The notes below the pieces were generated by a model. The model was not told where the DNA came from, did no database searches, and saw only the letters and a list, made by a program, of their open reading frames with translations. The position numbers and the translations under genes were made by a program. A stretch of 61,577 nucleotides of DNA, the filler included, from Choristocarpus tenellus KU-1152 (taxonomy: Eukaryota; Protista; Phaeophyceae), in assembly GCA_964200185.2 (NCBI GenBank). It is 9 parts of 9 records of this genome, joined end to end, with 100 filler letters (N's around TTAATTAATTAA, not from the genome) between each part and the next. Parts side by side here need not be neighbours in the genome. Positions count along the whole stretch, not along the records: positions 12,199 to 29,738 come from CAXNAD020000663.1; 8 more parts are not named here. One strand, written 5' to 3'. Positions 12,220 through 27,198 of this stretch are shown piece by piece. The first letter of the stretch is position 1; the number at the start of each line of letters is the position of its first letter.

Positions 12220-13572
12220 CTAAGCCTGCTCTGTGCTTCGTTTCTCTCCGGCTCCCTCCCCCCCCTCCCCCTCCTCCCCCTCCCCCTCCTCCTCCTCCTC
12301 CTCCTCATGTTCCCCATCGAGGGTGCCTGTTAAATGTTTTAGCCATAGAAATGCTACGAGCTGACACAACCCTTCTTCAACCTGGCATCCCATGGCACCC
12401 ATGATCACAAAACATGAAACATTATTGTATTAGAAAAAGGACTGTAACTGTCAGTTGTGGTTACACTATGTATGTATTAGAACAGAGACTGTAACTATCA
12501 GTTGTGGTTACACTATGTATTAGAACAGAGACTGTAACTGTCAGTTGTGGTTACACTATGTATGTATTAGAACAAAGACTGTAACTGTCAGTTGTGGTCA
12601 CACTATGTATGTATTAGAACAAAGACTGTAACTGCCAGTTGTGGTCACACTATGTATGTATTAGAACAAAGACTGTAACTGCCAGTTGTGGTCACACTAT
12701 GTATGTATTAGAACAAAGACTGTAACTGTCAGAAATGGTTACACAAAAATGGAATGTCAACAATAAAGAGCCAAAGTATCTTAGAGGGTAAAGGCGTGTC
12801 CATTTGGGAGGCAAAATCCAACGTTGCGATTTTGATGCAATTTTGTCTATAGTGTTTGTTAGGAGATGTCATTATCCATGTTCCGGACACACCTTTTCAT
12901 AACGTATACATTTTACCTACTGAAAACATTTTGGAGTAGGAAAGCATTATTAAAAAAAAATGGGAGGCCAAGCCCCCAAATGGACAAACAGGGCAAAACT
13001 TGTACCCTCTAAGATACTTTCACTCAAAATCCCAAATTAAAAAAAATATATATATATTCACAATCAAATAATAAAGGGTTACAATCTAATCCAACTGACT
13101 GCTTTCTCTTGAGTATGCCCATTCCATGGATTTATCTATCAGCAGTGCCTAGGGTTGTTTGATAAGAGTACAAACTTTTGAATCAAATTTGAATTGACAC
13201 CAATTTGCTGACACAAAATTAGAATGAAATAGAATAGACTATACAATGGACTCATCACAGCCAAGCTAAACTAAATAGAATGGACTCATCATGGCCAAGC
13301 TAGACTAGACTAGATTAGATTAGACTAGACTAGACTAGATTAGACTAGACTAGATTAGATTAGATTAGACTAGATTAGATTAGACTAGACTAGATTAGAT
13401 TAGACTAGATTTAGACTAGACTAGACACTACCCAAGTACTTCGATTCTACGCTTTTTCCAATCAACCAATGAACAGAACCTCTCCATCAGAAAAATAAAT
13501 AAATAAATGAATAGTCTGAAATAAAATAACATGAAACTACCATTCCATCTTTGTAGAATACACTCCTCAGGG

Positions 13573-13606
<34 letters not shown>

Positions 13607-16277
13607 CAAATAACTAACTAAACATGTCCTCTTCAAAAAATATATGTTGATTTTTCACCTGTGCAGGCAGTCCCAAAGGGAAGGCAGGAGTGAGTCTGAT
13701 CCAGGCATGCATGGCTTCATGTGCCAATATTGAACTAAAGCTGGCATAAGGAAGTCCACAAAGAACAAGGATTGCAGTCACAGCTCTGCTCTCCCCAATG
13801 CTGACCTAGACACTCACAGTAAGATTCGTCACAGTGCCAAAGAAGATTCAAGGGTTGACATAAAGATTCATTCCGAGATTAATTCTAGAAAATAATGCAT
13901 TACATAGATAGTCATGGACAATGCAGACATCCTATGAAAAGGACCCACTAATAGGCCTCTTAGGCATTGTATCTATACAGTCATATCAATGTCAATGCAG
14001 TGAAACAATACAGTCATTTTAATCAAATTATCTCTACATGCTATACCTTGCTATGTCTACCTGAGGGGCAACAGGCGATGGGGGAAGGATAGCCTCTTCT
14101 TTTTTGAAGTTTTTTTTATTATTTTTTACACCAAAAACTAGGTGATATCATGTACAGGACAAAGAACATTGTCATATTTTTATTATTATTTCTTCCTTCA
14201 AAAAGTGAGTGATAAGAATAGAACAAATAACATCCAATAAAGAATATTTTATATTATTTCTTCCTTCAAAAAGTGAATCATAAGAATAGAACAAAAAACA
14301 TCCAATAAAGAATATATTTATATTATTTCTTCCTTCAAAAAGTGAATGATAAGAATAGAACAAAAAACATCCAATAAAGAATATATTTATTATTATTTCA
14401 CTACATGCACGTTAAGCATTTTTTTTCAAACAAAAAACAACGCGCTCTTGTGGTACCCACCTTTTGAATAAGGTGTATCTTTGAAGCACTCTTCCTATAG
14501 AGGAATATACATTGGTCAGAAGGTGGTCATCAAACTCTCACTTACCACATAGCACATATTTCTGCTACAGAACAGTCAAGCCCCCACCATGCCACAGGTA
14601 AAGGCATTTCTTGAGGTATTCTTATTTTTTTCATATTACCTGGAAAATAAAAGGTGCTAACCACTCTTCTTACCCCTTGTCCAAAGCCTTCAATCTTCAC
14701 TTTTTTTTAGATAGGAGAGTTACCTACCTACACCTACCTGCTGTGGTGGACCCATTTCAAATATCCCCTTATCAGAGTTGAAAAGCATGGCTCCAGATGC
14801 CATGTGTGTGAAGGTTGCCACCTGCCAGGGGGACCAAAACAGGTGGTGTATATGTATAAGGTAAGGGTTAGGGTTAGGGTTAGGAATATCACTATCAGCA
14901 CAATAAGATCCCTGCTTTTTTATTTAGAGTATAATAAGACCTGAAAGTATAGTTCTATTTTATTTTTTTCATAAAAGTACAAAAAGAAATTATTCAAATA
15001 TGTATGATCTTTACATTCATCTGGTTGGTATAAAAAAAATCAACATTAATTTTATTTTATTCTTCAGAACAAGCGTATCTCTTGACAAAAAATTCACAAC
15101 CATTTACCATTTACCTGTTAGTCCTAACCCTAACATCTCTTGACAACATTCCAACACAAGTACCTAAATCCTACCTCAGTTATACATTGCTTTTTTTTTA
15201 AATGGAATAGCTTCAATTATAACCCATTTCAAGTTTGATCAAGTATCACTCATTATCTACAAGTATCATCATTGATCAAGTATCACTCATTATCTACAAG
15301 TATCACTCATTGATCAAGTATCATCACTGCCTGCTCGGGTTCATAGGGGATGAGTTTTCTCATAGAGTTTTCTTTTTTTTCTCTAACAGTCTCAACGCAA
15401 ACTTCCTATCTCTCCACTCAAGTACTTCAAAAACTGAGTTTGTACCCAGGGTAACTGAAGCAAGGATAATCAACTTTCATCCATCGAATAATCAACTTTT
15501 ATTCATCAAATAATTAACTAATATATGTGTATGGTAAATTAACCCTAACCCTAGCAAGTATGATAAACCGTACAAAGTATCCAATATCCCTAACCCTAAC
15601 CCTAATCCCCACCCACCATAGAGGAAACCATTTCATCTATGGATACTAGTAACTGCTATCAGACACTAACCCTAACCCTAGTAACTACTATCAGACACTA
15701 CCTCTAACCCTAACCCCCCATGTTAAAAAACAATAGCAAAGAAGCCAACAAAAGACCCTCACTTGATAGTCAAAAGGTTGAACTATCTTCAGCAATCAGA
15801 CATACATACATACAGACATACATATACATACATACACATACCTACATAGACTAGATACACTAGTTCTTGCAAGATGAAGAGGTCAAGCCACACACATAAG
15901 ATACCAGTAGTGATACAACAACAGTACATTATAGACATTTTATAGACATACCTCAGAGAGAGTGAGGCCTCTTGTGTGTACCACTGCTGTCTCTGACATG
16001 GCAGGTCCTCCCTGTCCATTGTGATGGTCCCTGTTGTTCTGCTCATTAAGGGTTGGTGAGTCCTGCTCAGGTATCACAAAACGCCATAACATAAGATACA
16101 AACATTAATTGAGATATCAACATAGAGAAAAAGCCTTACCATGACATACAAACATACAACAATTGAGATAGCAATACAGAGAAGACGCCTTACCATTACA
16201 TAGGAACATCCATAGAAATCAAGGAAGGAGACACAGACATGTGAGGGACTCTTGTCAATAGGGCTACAAAATGCACC

Positions 16278-16311
<34 letters not shown>

Positions 16312-18702
16312 TTATTTGCTCTATTCCTCAAAGGATACAGGGATTGGTACTGAAGAAGGGAGGGGGGATCAGGAGGCTGCCGATTTCTTTCACAGCAATC
16401 ACGTAAACCTAACCCTAACCCTAACTTTGACAGACCAATGTATACATCCACTAATGTAAAAAATAAAAATATAACTCAGGGAACAACAACAAAAACATGA
16501 TTGTTATTGCTCTGATTCAGGGGCGTGGGGTTGGATGGAAGCCTTAACACATACAAAATAATATATATATATATTATTATTATAAATTTGATGTTTTATT
16601 GCCAAGGCTATTACCATCAGGTAGGCATAAATGAAATAACAGTATTCAACAGTAAAAATAACAATAACAATAATCATAATGAGGGGAGGGGGGAAGGACT
16701 CACCACTAGTTGTACAGGAACACCCCACATATCCTGGGGTACAGTTAGCATTAGCTCTCTATCAAAGAAGCGACATACACTAGCAAACACCCGACCTGCT
16801 TCAGAGCTGTCCACCACAGCTGTCTGAACAACAACAGCAATAACATAAAAAGAAAAAGAAAGAGGAAGTGTTACTTTAGTAGTAGTAAGAAGTAGTAAGA
16901 ATCAAATAAATAAAATAATAGCGTAGAGCTGTTCACTACTACAGTCTTGAAAAAATAAAATAAGCATAAACACAACTATAATAATCACTAACATAAACAA
17001 CTATAGTAAAAAGTAGTAACACAAACAACTATAATAATCACTAACATAAACAACTATAGTAAAAAGTAGTAACACAAACAACTATAATAATCACTAACAT
17101 AAACAACTATAGTAAAACGTATTCACACAAACAACTATACTAACAAGCACTAACACAAACAACTATAATAAAAAATTATGCATATTAGAAAGGTACTGAA
17201 AGTAAATCTAATACCAATAAGAATAATTTTGAAGAATAATAATAATAAACAACCCCTCCCCTACATCTCTTCCAATGAACCAATAAAAAGCTATTGAGAT
17301 TAATCGCAGCATATAGAATATTGAAAATAATAATAATATGTGTTGTGTGTGTGTGTAATATCTGTACCCCTAGCCTCCACCTACACTATTAGCAGACAAT
17401 CTGCCATAGGGGGGGGAGGATTAGGGTTAGGGTTAGGGTTAGTATGGTGGAAATAAAAATAAGTGTAAGAACTTTTATTCCACTAAGACCAATTAACATC
17501 CTGCAATCAAAGAGCCAGTAGCCTTTAACAATTGACATTACAGATTGCAGCCAATTGAAATACACAGTTGAACAAGTACACCATGCACCATGCCTGTATC
17601 CAGCATATTTTCAAAAAATTGTTGTCAACATCATTGACTTTTTTTAAATCTTTACAAATACAATCAACTCTATTTATCATCAATACAAACAATAAAAACA
17701 ATCAATTCCATTAATCACCAATAATACAACTAACACAACTTTATTTCTTATCAATTCTATTAATCACCAATAATATAAACAGCAAATCAACCAATACACC
17801 AAATACAGCAATAACTACACTCACTCGGGTACACCATGGATAATAATAATAATGAAAATAGACTCATTGATTTGTGCAGGACATTGAAGATTGTCAAACC
17901 CTAACCCTAACCCTAGACTAAGTAAATTGAAGATTGTCTAGCCAACTACATTAAGGACATTGGTGTAGCAGTAAGAGGTGTAAGACACAAGACAACATTC
18001 TCTACTACTAAACTCCTTAACTCTTTGCCTTACACAGACACAACAAACATTTCTGCTTGTTTTAACCTCCTGTTTACATCTCTGGTACTAAAATTAAAAA
18101 ATAATAATAATAATAATAAGTTGTAAACATAATGAAAAAATGAGAACAAATAGCTCCAAGGACTGTTCTTTGCCACATTTGATTATATTTCTCTCTTAAA
18201 TTGGAGCAGCACTTCAATTTATTATATCAAAAATATCAAAATTCCACCAGCAAAGATGATAATAAAAAGAATAAAAATTAGGAAAGAGTTAACACTGAAT
18301 CAAAAACATCAAAAAGGATCAAAAAGAGGTATGTTTATTTTCTATTGCTGTATATAGCATGTAGTATAGAGCTATTATTATAATAATAAACAATAAAAAC
18401 AATAACTAAATATATACGTATCTGATTCAACAAGAGTAACAAGCATATAGATCGATCCAAGCTGCCCTATCCTTATCCCCATCCCTAAGTACTAGTATTA
18501 CTGCTATACTACTACTACTACTACTACTACTACTGCTGCTGCTGCTACTGCTACCACTATTACTACTACTACTACTACTACTACTGTTGCTACTGCTACT
18601 GCTACTGCTACTGCTACCACTATTACTATTACTATTACTAGTACTACTACTACTACTGCTACTGCTACCACTATTACTACTACTACTACTACTACTACTG
18701 CT

Positions 18703-18733
<31 letters not shown>

Positions 18734-21700
18734 CTACTGCTACTGCTACTGCTACTGCTACTACTACTACTACTACTACTAATATCAATGTAACTAACCT
18801 TAGCACATTCCATACACACCACTCGACCATCCTCCAACTCTGCAAAGGATCTCTCATGGCGATACTCCTCCTTCCTCACCCCTGCATCACTCCTCACCAG
18901 TGGAGGATTTGGCTCAAGTCGCATACAACTGACACACCTTCTTGAGCTGGCCATGGTCATGGTCATGAGGTATTGTATTGAATTGTATTGAATTGTATTG
19001 TATTGTATTGAATTGTATAGTCATGTTAGTCCTTGTATTGTATCATATTAGTCAAGATGTCATTTAGTCAAGATGTGTGCATGTGGCAGGAGTGGGGGGG
19101 GAGGAGGGGGTCGTCTCCTTTGATATATAAAATACGACGTGAGACTTTGAGCAAGTACTCTAATTGAGGACAATATTGATTAAAACAATACAGTATGTAC
19201 CAAGACAGCTATTGACACAAAAGAAACACAAAAGAAAAAAATAGAAATTACTGTTCTTAGATTATAAATGTATGAGCCTAACCTCTTTCAAAAACTGAAA
19301 CAATAAAAAATACCAATAAAAATGGAACAGTAATAATGGAAGCCACCAAAAAAATACAAAAAAGCACCACATCATGTCAACAGTATGTTACATTTCAAAT
19401 GCAAGGTAATTCAACTAATTGATTGACTAACAAATTCCCTAACCACAAGTAAGAAAAGGTTAATCATTAACTATTAATATCACTATAATTCAACTAATTG
19501 ATTGACTAACAAATTCCTTAACCACAAGTAAGAAAAGGTTAATCATTAACTATTAATATCACTATAATTCAACTATAATACACATACACACATTTTATTA
19601 GTCAAAGATTAAAAAATATATTTGAGGGTCAATTTAATTTGCCTCAACAGGGGAAAAGGATATGCTTGTTGCCTTTGGAATATTATTGTTACTATTACTA
19701 TTACTATTATCATTTTTATTAACAAAAAAGTGTTTTCTTCTAATAATGAAAATACATGTACCTGAAGAACAAAGTCATAGCAACCTTCACCCTTCAAACT
19801 TGAACTCAAGTCACCTTTTAAATGGTAAGCAGGGGTAGTGCTTTTTTTAATAGTATCAACACAATCCTCACCCTCAAACCTTGGTCCTCACATCTCACAC
19901 CTCATACTTCAATTATCTGATCTCAAGAAACATGAGTAGAAATCTCGATTTTCAAATTCAAATCAACCTCACAGCAAGATACCATCACAGTCATTTTTAA
20001 ATAACATTTCAGGTTCACTCAAGACAGAAATATGAATGATCAGTCTTCACATTAACTTCAGCCTTCATGCACAGTGATATAGTAGATAGATATAGCAAAT
20101 CATCACCACTATGAACTACTCCACCCAGAATCAAGTCAGATGTCAGATGTTAGATGTTAGAAAAAGCACATTTTGACATTTTCCTGTACCTTCTTCAACC
20201 CATCCATCCATCCATCCATCCATCCATCCATCCATCCGAATTGACTAAAAACTCCCAGACAAACCAGATTCAAAAATAAAAAATTGTATGTTAATTGTAC
20301 GTATGTAAAAACTTTCCTTGACAAAGAAAAAAATAGTAAATATTTTTTATTGTTCTAGAAAATAAATTAAACGATTTCTTTGTTCTACAAGAGTAGTAGT
20401 AAGTAGTATTGACCCACCTGTCTTGATGCCATGGGCAGTACGTATCCTTATCAAAGAAGCTGTGTCTGTGGAAGTGAACAACATTATTTTCCACAGGCAG
20501 GTGTTTGTGGCACACCTATTCAAAAATAAATAAAAAGCAACAAAAAGTAGATACATTTTACTTTATTTATTATTGGATACTACTGTCTGTGTACTTCCTA
20601 CAGACACTGCGTGCTTCAAGGTGATAGTTACAAATTTTTTATTTACAGAAAACAAAATAAATAAAGATGAAAAGTGAGTAAGGGCAACACATTATATCAT
20701 TTAATCCAATATACGCATGTTTTCATTGTTGTGGAGTAGAGTGATACATGAATGGAGTTGGGGTATATAAATCAGAACAGTATACTATGGTTTCACTTCA
20801 ATGAGTGGTATGGTATGACTAACTAAAAAATAAAAGAGGTGTCAAGAGGCTATGTCAAACCCTAACCCTACACTATTTGCAAAAACACATAGAAAAGTAA
20901 CAGTGAATCCTGTTCAAAACACTATTTTTTCTAAATTAAAATTGGACAAGAATTACCTTTTGGGGGGTTACAAGGGGGACCAGTCATTGTTTCTTGCTTT
21001 TTTTAAAAATAATTTTTTAGTAACCCTGACCCTAGCCCTAACCCTAACCCTATAGAGTATTTGTACTATCCTATACTATACTATCCTTAAACCAAGTCCA
21101 CAGTCAGTAGTTGATGCTCCATTAGATGTATCACATGTCAGTCATCTCAGGACTACACTTTCTCTCTTTCTCTTTTTGTCTAAATAGAACCATTACCATT
21201 GGGGGTATTAAGTTGCTGCGACACCTCTTTTAATAACTATATATATGAGTTAGTAACTATTATTTTTAAAAGAACACAATAGTGTGGTAAGACTTCCTTT
21301 GAAGGGAACAATAAATTATGAGATAAAAGGAAGATGGGGACCTCAACAGAAATTAATTATACTATACTGTTGATATCAAAACAGGTACAAGGTAGGGCTA
21401 GGGCTAGGGTTAGGGTTAGGAGGGAAGGGGTGCCTTATGATGATAATTGCAGATACCTGCTGCTTTGCCTCTACCGGTATTTGATATTAATATTTGATAT
21501 TAATATTTGATGTAAATATTTGATATTAATATCGACCGATTGAACACTCATCCATAAAGAAGTAGGATCGCCTTCACATCACTGCTGCAGTATTTTAGAC
21601 ACCTTAACACACCCACTATGAGTGACCCTTGGACCTTTACAGTTTCCTTTACAGTTTCAACATCAACACCTTCAAAGTGGAAAATTTTCAAACTGGAGTC

Positions 21701-22227
21701 TCACTCTTTGCACACAACCTAAACAACTCCTGTGTGAGGTCGTGACTCATGGAGTGTGTGTGGTATTGTATGATATTGTATGATATGGGATAATACTAGG
21801 AAGGGAGAGGCAAAAGTATGCCTTCCATGTACTATGAATATCACAGTGCCAGTTGTGATCTCTAGGTATGTCATACATTCCAAGCTATCAATAGGAGCAC
21901 CAGGCTGGTTTGACAAGGGTGAGTTGGGGCTTGACAGACATGTTGACAGACATGTGGGGTTCTTCCCTTTTTAATGTAGACTTAATGCAGACACACCTTC
22001 TACACTTCCACTCTAGGATCAGTTTCAGGTAAGGTACCCCAGCGTGTGTCATGGTATGCCATTGTAGTAGTGAAGGTCATGTCTATCACTTGTTTTCAGA
22101 CAAGGTGATACCCTCCCAGTACCATGCATATCTTGGTAGTAGTGAAGGTGGAGTTGGAATAATCTCCTTTTTTTTATTGACTCCAATTCTTATCGGTGCA
22201 TTATTTTTATTATCATTTTTATTACTA

Positions 22228-22261
<34 letters not shown>

Positions 22262-25200
22262 TATCACCAATACCAACTCAAGTGTGTTCAAAACTTCAGT
22301 AAGCCATTGAGCTACTGGAAAAGTCACTAGATTTCTTCTCTGTACCTCATAGGTCTACTTGGGGTTAGGGTTAGGGTTAGGGTTAGGATGATTACTCTTC
22401 AGTACTTCGAGGGTTTCCTAAAGTTTCATCAAGAGATAGTTTCATGAAGAGATAGTCCAGATGTTGGCAAGCTGTTAGACTTGGGAGGTTTTACCCAAGG
22501 GGTGTCGTGTCATTCCTCCAATCAGAAACCGACGTTTTCGGGGGGCAGTTACTGAAGTGAGTTTTTAGTATCCTGGAGGCGTCTTAGTCTGTTGAGAAAT
22601 GGGTAACCATGACAGGGACTGATCCCACAACAGTATCAATCATTGCATCTTTAGCATACCCCTGACCTATCGGAAAGGAGTACGAAAACTTAGGTACTAC
22701 CTCTTATTGTAACTTCAAGTCTCTTCACTACTTAGTCACCTCACAACATAGCCACCTTACTACTTAGTCACCTGAGGGGTTTACTCCAGCTCCAAGAGAA
22801 TATTGTAGTGTTTTTGGTATTATCAATACATGCTTATTCTTGTCTAACCTACCACAGCATCAACATCCATCTGTAAATAATAAAATAATACAACAGTCAC
22901 TAGCGACTCATAAAATTGATACACTTAATATAAAAACATGAGTGATGTTGTAATTATTTTATTTTATAAATAGAAGCTAGAAAGAAGTTAGGGGATATTT
23001 CTTGTAAAAAAATAGTACATAATAATTTTTTTTAATTATCAACGACAAGAAAGTCACCTCTTGAAATTGTTCTGAAACATTCACAAAACAAGAGCAGAGG
23101 TCTTAAAAAAATAAAAAATATATACAAACACCAAAGAAGGCAGGATGGGAAACTGTTACCTGTTTTGCATCTAATGTGCAAGATTATAGTCACTTTATAT
23201 AACCCAGTAGGCGTGTTTGTGACCCTGAGACTAAGGTAAATAATACACCATGGTGTGTAACAAACACCACCCATAACACAGCATTAACATTCATTAACAA
23301 CCCATCTGATGCAATGGGTCCTACATAAAATAAAACACACATGGTAGATAGAGCACCAGATCCCATTGAAAGATGTAATCGCATGACTGGTTCCACTGAT
23401 TGTGTCGATCCCTAACCCTAACCCTATCCAATCTATGCAGTGATATCCCTAACCCTTCAAAGTGTATGCAGTGCAGCTAACTTCAACTTGTGAGTGACAA
23501 CCACTACAAGCAACAATAAAAAATAAAGAAAAAAATAACTACTGGAAACAATTTTTTTTCTCTTGCAAGGATATTAATGTATCATATCACATTAATGTAT
23601 CATATGACATTGATGTATCATATGACATTGATGTATCATATGACATTGATATATCATATGACATTGATGTATCATATCACATTAATGTATCATATGACAT
23701 TGATATATCATATGACATTGATGTATCATATGACATTGATATATCATATCACATTAATGTATCATACCTTAGAACTACAACCTGCCCATATAAACATTGA
23801 TATATCATACCTTAGAACCCCAACCCTCTGCCCCCTTCAGATATCCATTTTTAATTTAAACTTCAGTTTGAAAAAATAGAAACTCTTTCATATACATGTA
23901 TATTATATATTAGAGGAACTAAACAGGAAACTCAAATCACCTTAGTCACTTAGTACTTACACAACTGCACTCCTCTCCCAGACAGACATCACAAAACACA
24001 GCATAAGTAAGCTATCCCCGCCCCACCCTATACCCTATACCCTACCATGGCAGGGTCTTCCTCACTCAACCTCCACCCCATCCTCACCTTGCAAGGCGGA
24101 ATGATTGCCTTCGGAGGCACACACTGAGTATGGTATGGCTTCCCTCCTGATTGGTGAAAAGTTTTATCTTTGATCACCCCCAAACATCCAGTGCACCTCA
24201 GACACTCACTGTGGTAGATCTTACCCATGGCTCGCCTACCAAGGTGTGTGAGAGATAACCACCAGTAAGGCGTGTTTGTCAGAGAGGGATGGAGTGGAGT
24301 GAACCGTAGTCATTCATTCAATATAACGATAGTCATTCAATCAATATAACAATAGTCATTAAGTCAATATAACAATAGTCATTCAGTCAATATAACGATA
24401 GTCATTCAGTCAATATAACGATAGTCATTCAGTCAATATAACAATAGTCATTCAATCAATATAACAATAGTCATTCAATCAATATAACAATAGTCCTTCA
24501 GTCAATATAACAATAGTCATTCAATCAAAAATAACAATAGTCATTTATTCAAAATAACGATAGTCATTCAGTCAATATAACAATAGTCATTAAGTCAAAA
24601 TAATGGTAATCATTCTATTGAAAACAAAAATTGAGTGTGTAAATTTAAAATATTTATTTTTGTATATTAATATGCTTTGCCTGTGGAGGTTGTGTGTGAT
24701 TGACACTCACTACCAGTAATCAGGTTAATATGTGATTGTTTTCTGACCAAAGAATGTAACCACCATTGTGTACCTCAAACATAACATAACACCTTCAGAA
24801 TATATACAACAATTTGGGGAAAAAATAAAATTGTCAGTGAACACCATCAGTAAATAAAAACTACAAAGAATAACTATGCCAATAGTTCAATAGATAAAAA
24901 TATAAATTAATATAAATTAATAACAACACCACCAATCAAGCTCGAAGTTGGACTGAATGCTTACAAGCACTCAGTCCATGTATACTTACCTCCTCAAATT
25001 ATATACACCTACCTTCCTATCTCAAGTAGAGTATCATCCCTGCTAAACATGGGCATACCAGTGCACTGCCCCTATCACTGGAGCAGACAATTCCGTCACT
25101 ATCTCCCTACCTCCACCAATTCTTTTGAGATATCAACATTAGAGACTCCCACCACCCATGTCTCTTAACTTTTAGAGGCATACTGGATATGGTAGGATAG

Positions 25201-27198
25201 AGTTGAAGTGCTGGGGCAGACAAGGCGATATGAGAGCAGAATCTCAATAATTGACAATAATTGACAATAATGGACACTTGCACCCCTCCTCAACGCTTTG
25301 CTATACCCCATTTTGTCACTTTGTGATCACCAGTCACATTTATATGTTGAGACAGAGATAGACATGAACAGGGTACATGATGGAGATGGACAGAGTACAT
25401 CAAAACAGTCAGCATAATTGATTGAATTGGTGCCTAGAACTTCAGAGTAATACTGAACAAACCCTAACCCTAACCCTAACATTTTCCATTCACAACACTA
25501 TTATTGTTCCAATTACGTCTGTTGAGAAAAAAGAGAACATAAAATCAATAAATTTGTATAACTTCAAATAGGAAAAAAAAACACAGAGTAAGCTGTTACT
25601 GCACTCTAGCACACTACTGACAATACTCACCTGAGAAGGCGTATCACTTGTCTGGCATGTACGTAAAATGTACAAGTCAAACCCTAACCCTATTCCATAA
25701 AAAAAAGTGCATGAAACAGAGAGTGATGTCACTGTCTATCCTTATGTGCCTTTTCCACAGGGAAGCAATAATCCAATCTCCCCACTTCCAATAGGTTTTA
25801 AATACATTCTTCTCTTCTTGCACTGACACATCCATAAACACTGGCATCAAATAGTTGAAAAAAATTGATCTAAAAGTTGAAGGAGTGATCTCCCAACACC
25901 AACAGAAAGTCAGTCGCTTCCATCCAATAAAACAAGAGAATGAGACTCCCATCTCCATATCTCAACACAAACAAAGGTATACCTCATCTCATCACCGTAA
26001 CACCTAACACAATCCTATTTCATATACTCTATTTCATATATTCCATTTCATATACTCTATTTCATATATTCTATTTTATATAAACTTCTATACATTACAC
26101 ATAATACAATGAAAAAATATATACACACAAAAATATCTAAAATTTACACTATACTCATAATATACAAATAACACCATGTACAGCACTCTGTTGCTCAAAT
26201 CCCCCCCCCCCCAAAAAAAAAAAATTTATCAAACTCACTTTTCCCCCGCCAAGCCCATTTCCTTCCTGCCCCCATCCCCCACCCCCCCCCCCGTCCCCCC
26301 CCCCCCCCCCCTCCCCNNNNNNNNNNAATGAAAAAATATATACACACAAAAATATCTAAAATTTACACTATACTCATAATATACAAATAACACCATGTAC
26401 AGCACTCTGTTGCTCAAATCCCCCCCCCCCAAAAAAAAAAAATTTATCAAACTCACTGTGAGGGAGCCAAGCCAATTGGCTTACTGCACCCATCACAGAT
26501 CAGTCCAGCTGTTCTTCCACGAGACTCCTTACTCAGTCGTCGTTGCTGTCCCTCCTCTCTCCTAGCCCTCTCATCACCAGTCTCTGCAGGTGTGGCCATC
26601 TCATCCCTTAAGAGCAGTTGCCTTGCAAAGTCTTCATCCTGAGGGGTCACAAGAAGAGCACCACCAAGCCTAAGGGGGTGGAGACAAACTTTCTGGAAGG
26701 GAAAAAAGTCATCCATCTTTGTCCAAACCCACTGAGTGAGCTAGATTGACCTAAACCTGACCTAGCTTTACCCCTCACAGAAAAAAACTCCATCACAGTA
26801 CTACAAATACTGCTACTAAGAATGTATCAGCACAACAACTAGATGAAACAGAAAATTTTCCAGGAAATTTCTCTATCTGTAACCTCGTAAGAAAAGAAAA
26901 GTCACTCTTCAAAAAAAAAAAATCTCTTCAAATTCAAACTATGAAAGTAAATAAAACTCCTTACCTGTGAGAATGTTCTTGGGTGTGAGAGAGGGACAGA
27001 AAGAATCAACCCCTTGACAAACAAAAAAATAAATAAATCATTAAGTCGCTGCCTCTTCCTCCACAACCAATTACCTTTTTTTGACCTTAATAAAACAGAA
27101 TAGAAGAAATGAATTTAAAGAACCTGACCTGCTCCAGCTGTTGTGTTTTCAACCTCAATGTATCAATGAAGTCTTCCGACATGAACTGCTTTTGAAGC
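12220..27198 (-). CDS. DA1/DA1-related protein (LIM, LIM-like and zinc metallopeptidase domains); exons ~27198-27129, 26638-26457, 24235-24088, 20515-20418, 18946-18799, 16823-16704, 16062-15952, 14821-14738, 13805-13659, 12381-~12220; both ends uncertain
   Basis: In-phase GT-AG exons give DEDFARQL (UIM-like), LIM CDGCSKPIG..AMGKIYHSECLRCTGC..GKPYHTQC, CKVC..HSFF..YCPWH, RRCVSCMRLEP..AELEDGRVVCMEC, HTRGLTLSE, VTAILVLCGLP..ILAHEAMHAWIRL (HExxH) and VEEGLCQLVAFLWL. This is the motif order of plant DA1. Confidence 0.92.
12426..12744. repeat. Intronic minisatellite, ~47-bp unit, ~7 copies
   Basis: TGTATTAGAACAAAGACTGTAACTGTCAGTTGTGGTTACACTATGTA repeated head-to-tail without spacers. Confidence 0.9.
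12768..13025 (+). mobile_element. MITE family B copy (intronic)
   Basis: TIRs GAGCCAAAGTATCTTAGAGGGTA / TACCCTCTAAGATACTTTCACTC; TSD AAA/AAA. Confidence 0.87.
13300..13426. repeat. (TAGAC/TAGAT)n microsatellite
   Basis: Directly visible pentamer array. Confidence 0.95.
14175..14399. repeat. Tandem repeat, ~68-bp unit, ~3 copies
   Basis: TTATTTCTTCCTTCAAAAAGTGA..TAAGAATAGAACAAA..CATCCAATAAAGAATAT repeated. Confidence 0.85.
16969..17170. repeat. Tandem repeat, ~56-bp unit
   Basis: ACAACTATAATAATCACTAACATAAACAACTATAGTAAAAAGTAGTAACACAA repeated ~3.5 times. Confidence 0.85.
18498..18781. repeat. (CTA/CTG)n trinucleotide microsatellite (intronic)
   Basis: Directly visible; it produces the spurious poly-S, poly-L and poly-V ORFs. 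Confidence 0.95.
23572..23766. repeat. Minisatellite, 18-bp unit ACATTGATGTATCATATG
   Basis: About 11 tandem copies. Confidence 0.92.
24307..24600. repeat. Minisatellite, 23-bp unit TAGTCATTCAGTCAATATAACAA
   Basis: About 12-13 tandem copies. Confidence 0.92.

Noticed and set aside
12426-12744. Regular ~47-bp repeats as a possible CRISPR array (also 24307-24600)
   Set aside because: Head-to-tail units with no unique spacers, in eukaryotic introns, with no cas genes.
18427-18857. Poly-Ser, poly-Leu and poly-Val ORFs
   Set aside because: Translations of an intronic trinucleotide microsatellite; only 18799-18946 is a real exon.
23577-23879. Repetitive MYHMTL and LYLYLY (29127-29459) proteins
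   Set aside because: Minisatellite and microsatellite translations.
26108-26457. ~130-bp direct duplication either side of a 10-N gap
   Set aside because: Typical scaffolding overlap artefact at a poly-C tract.
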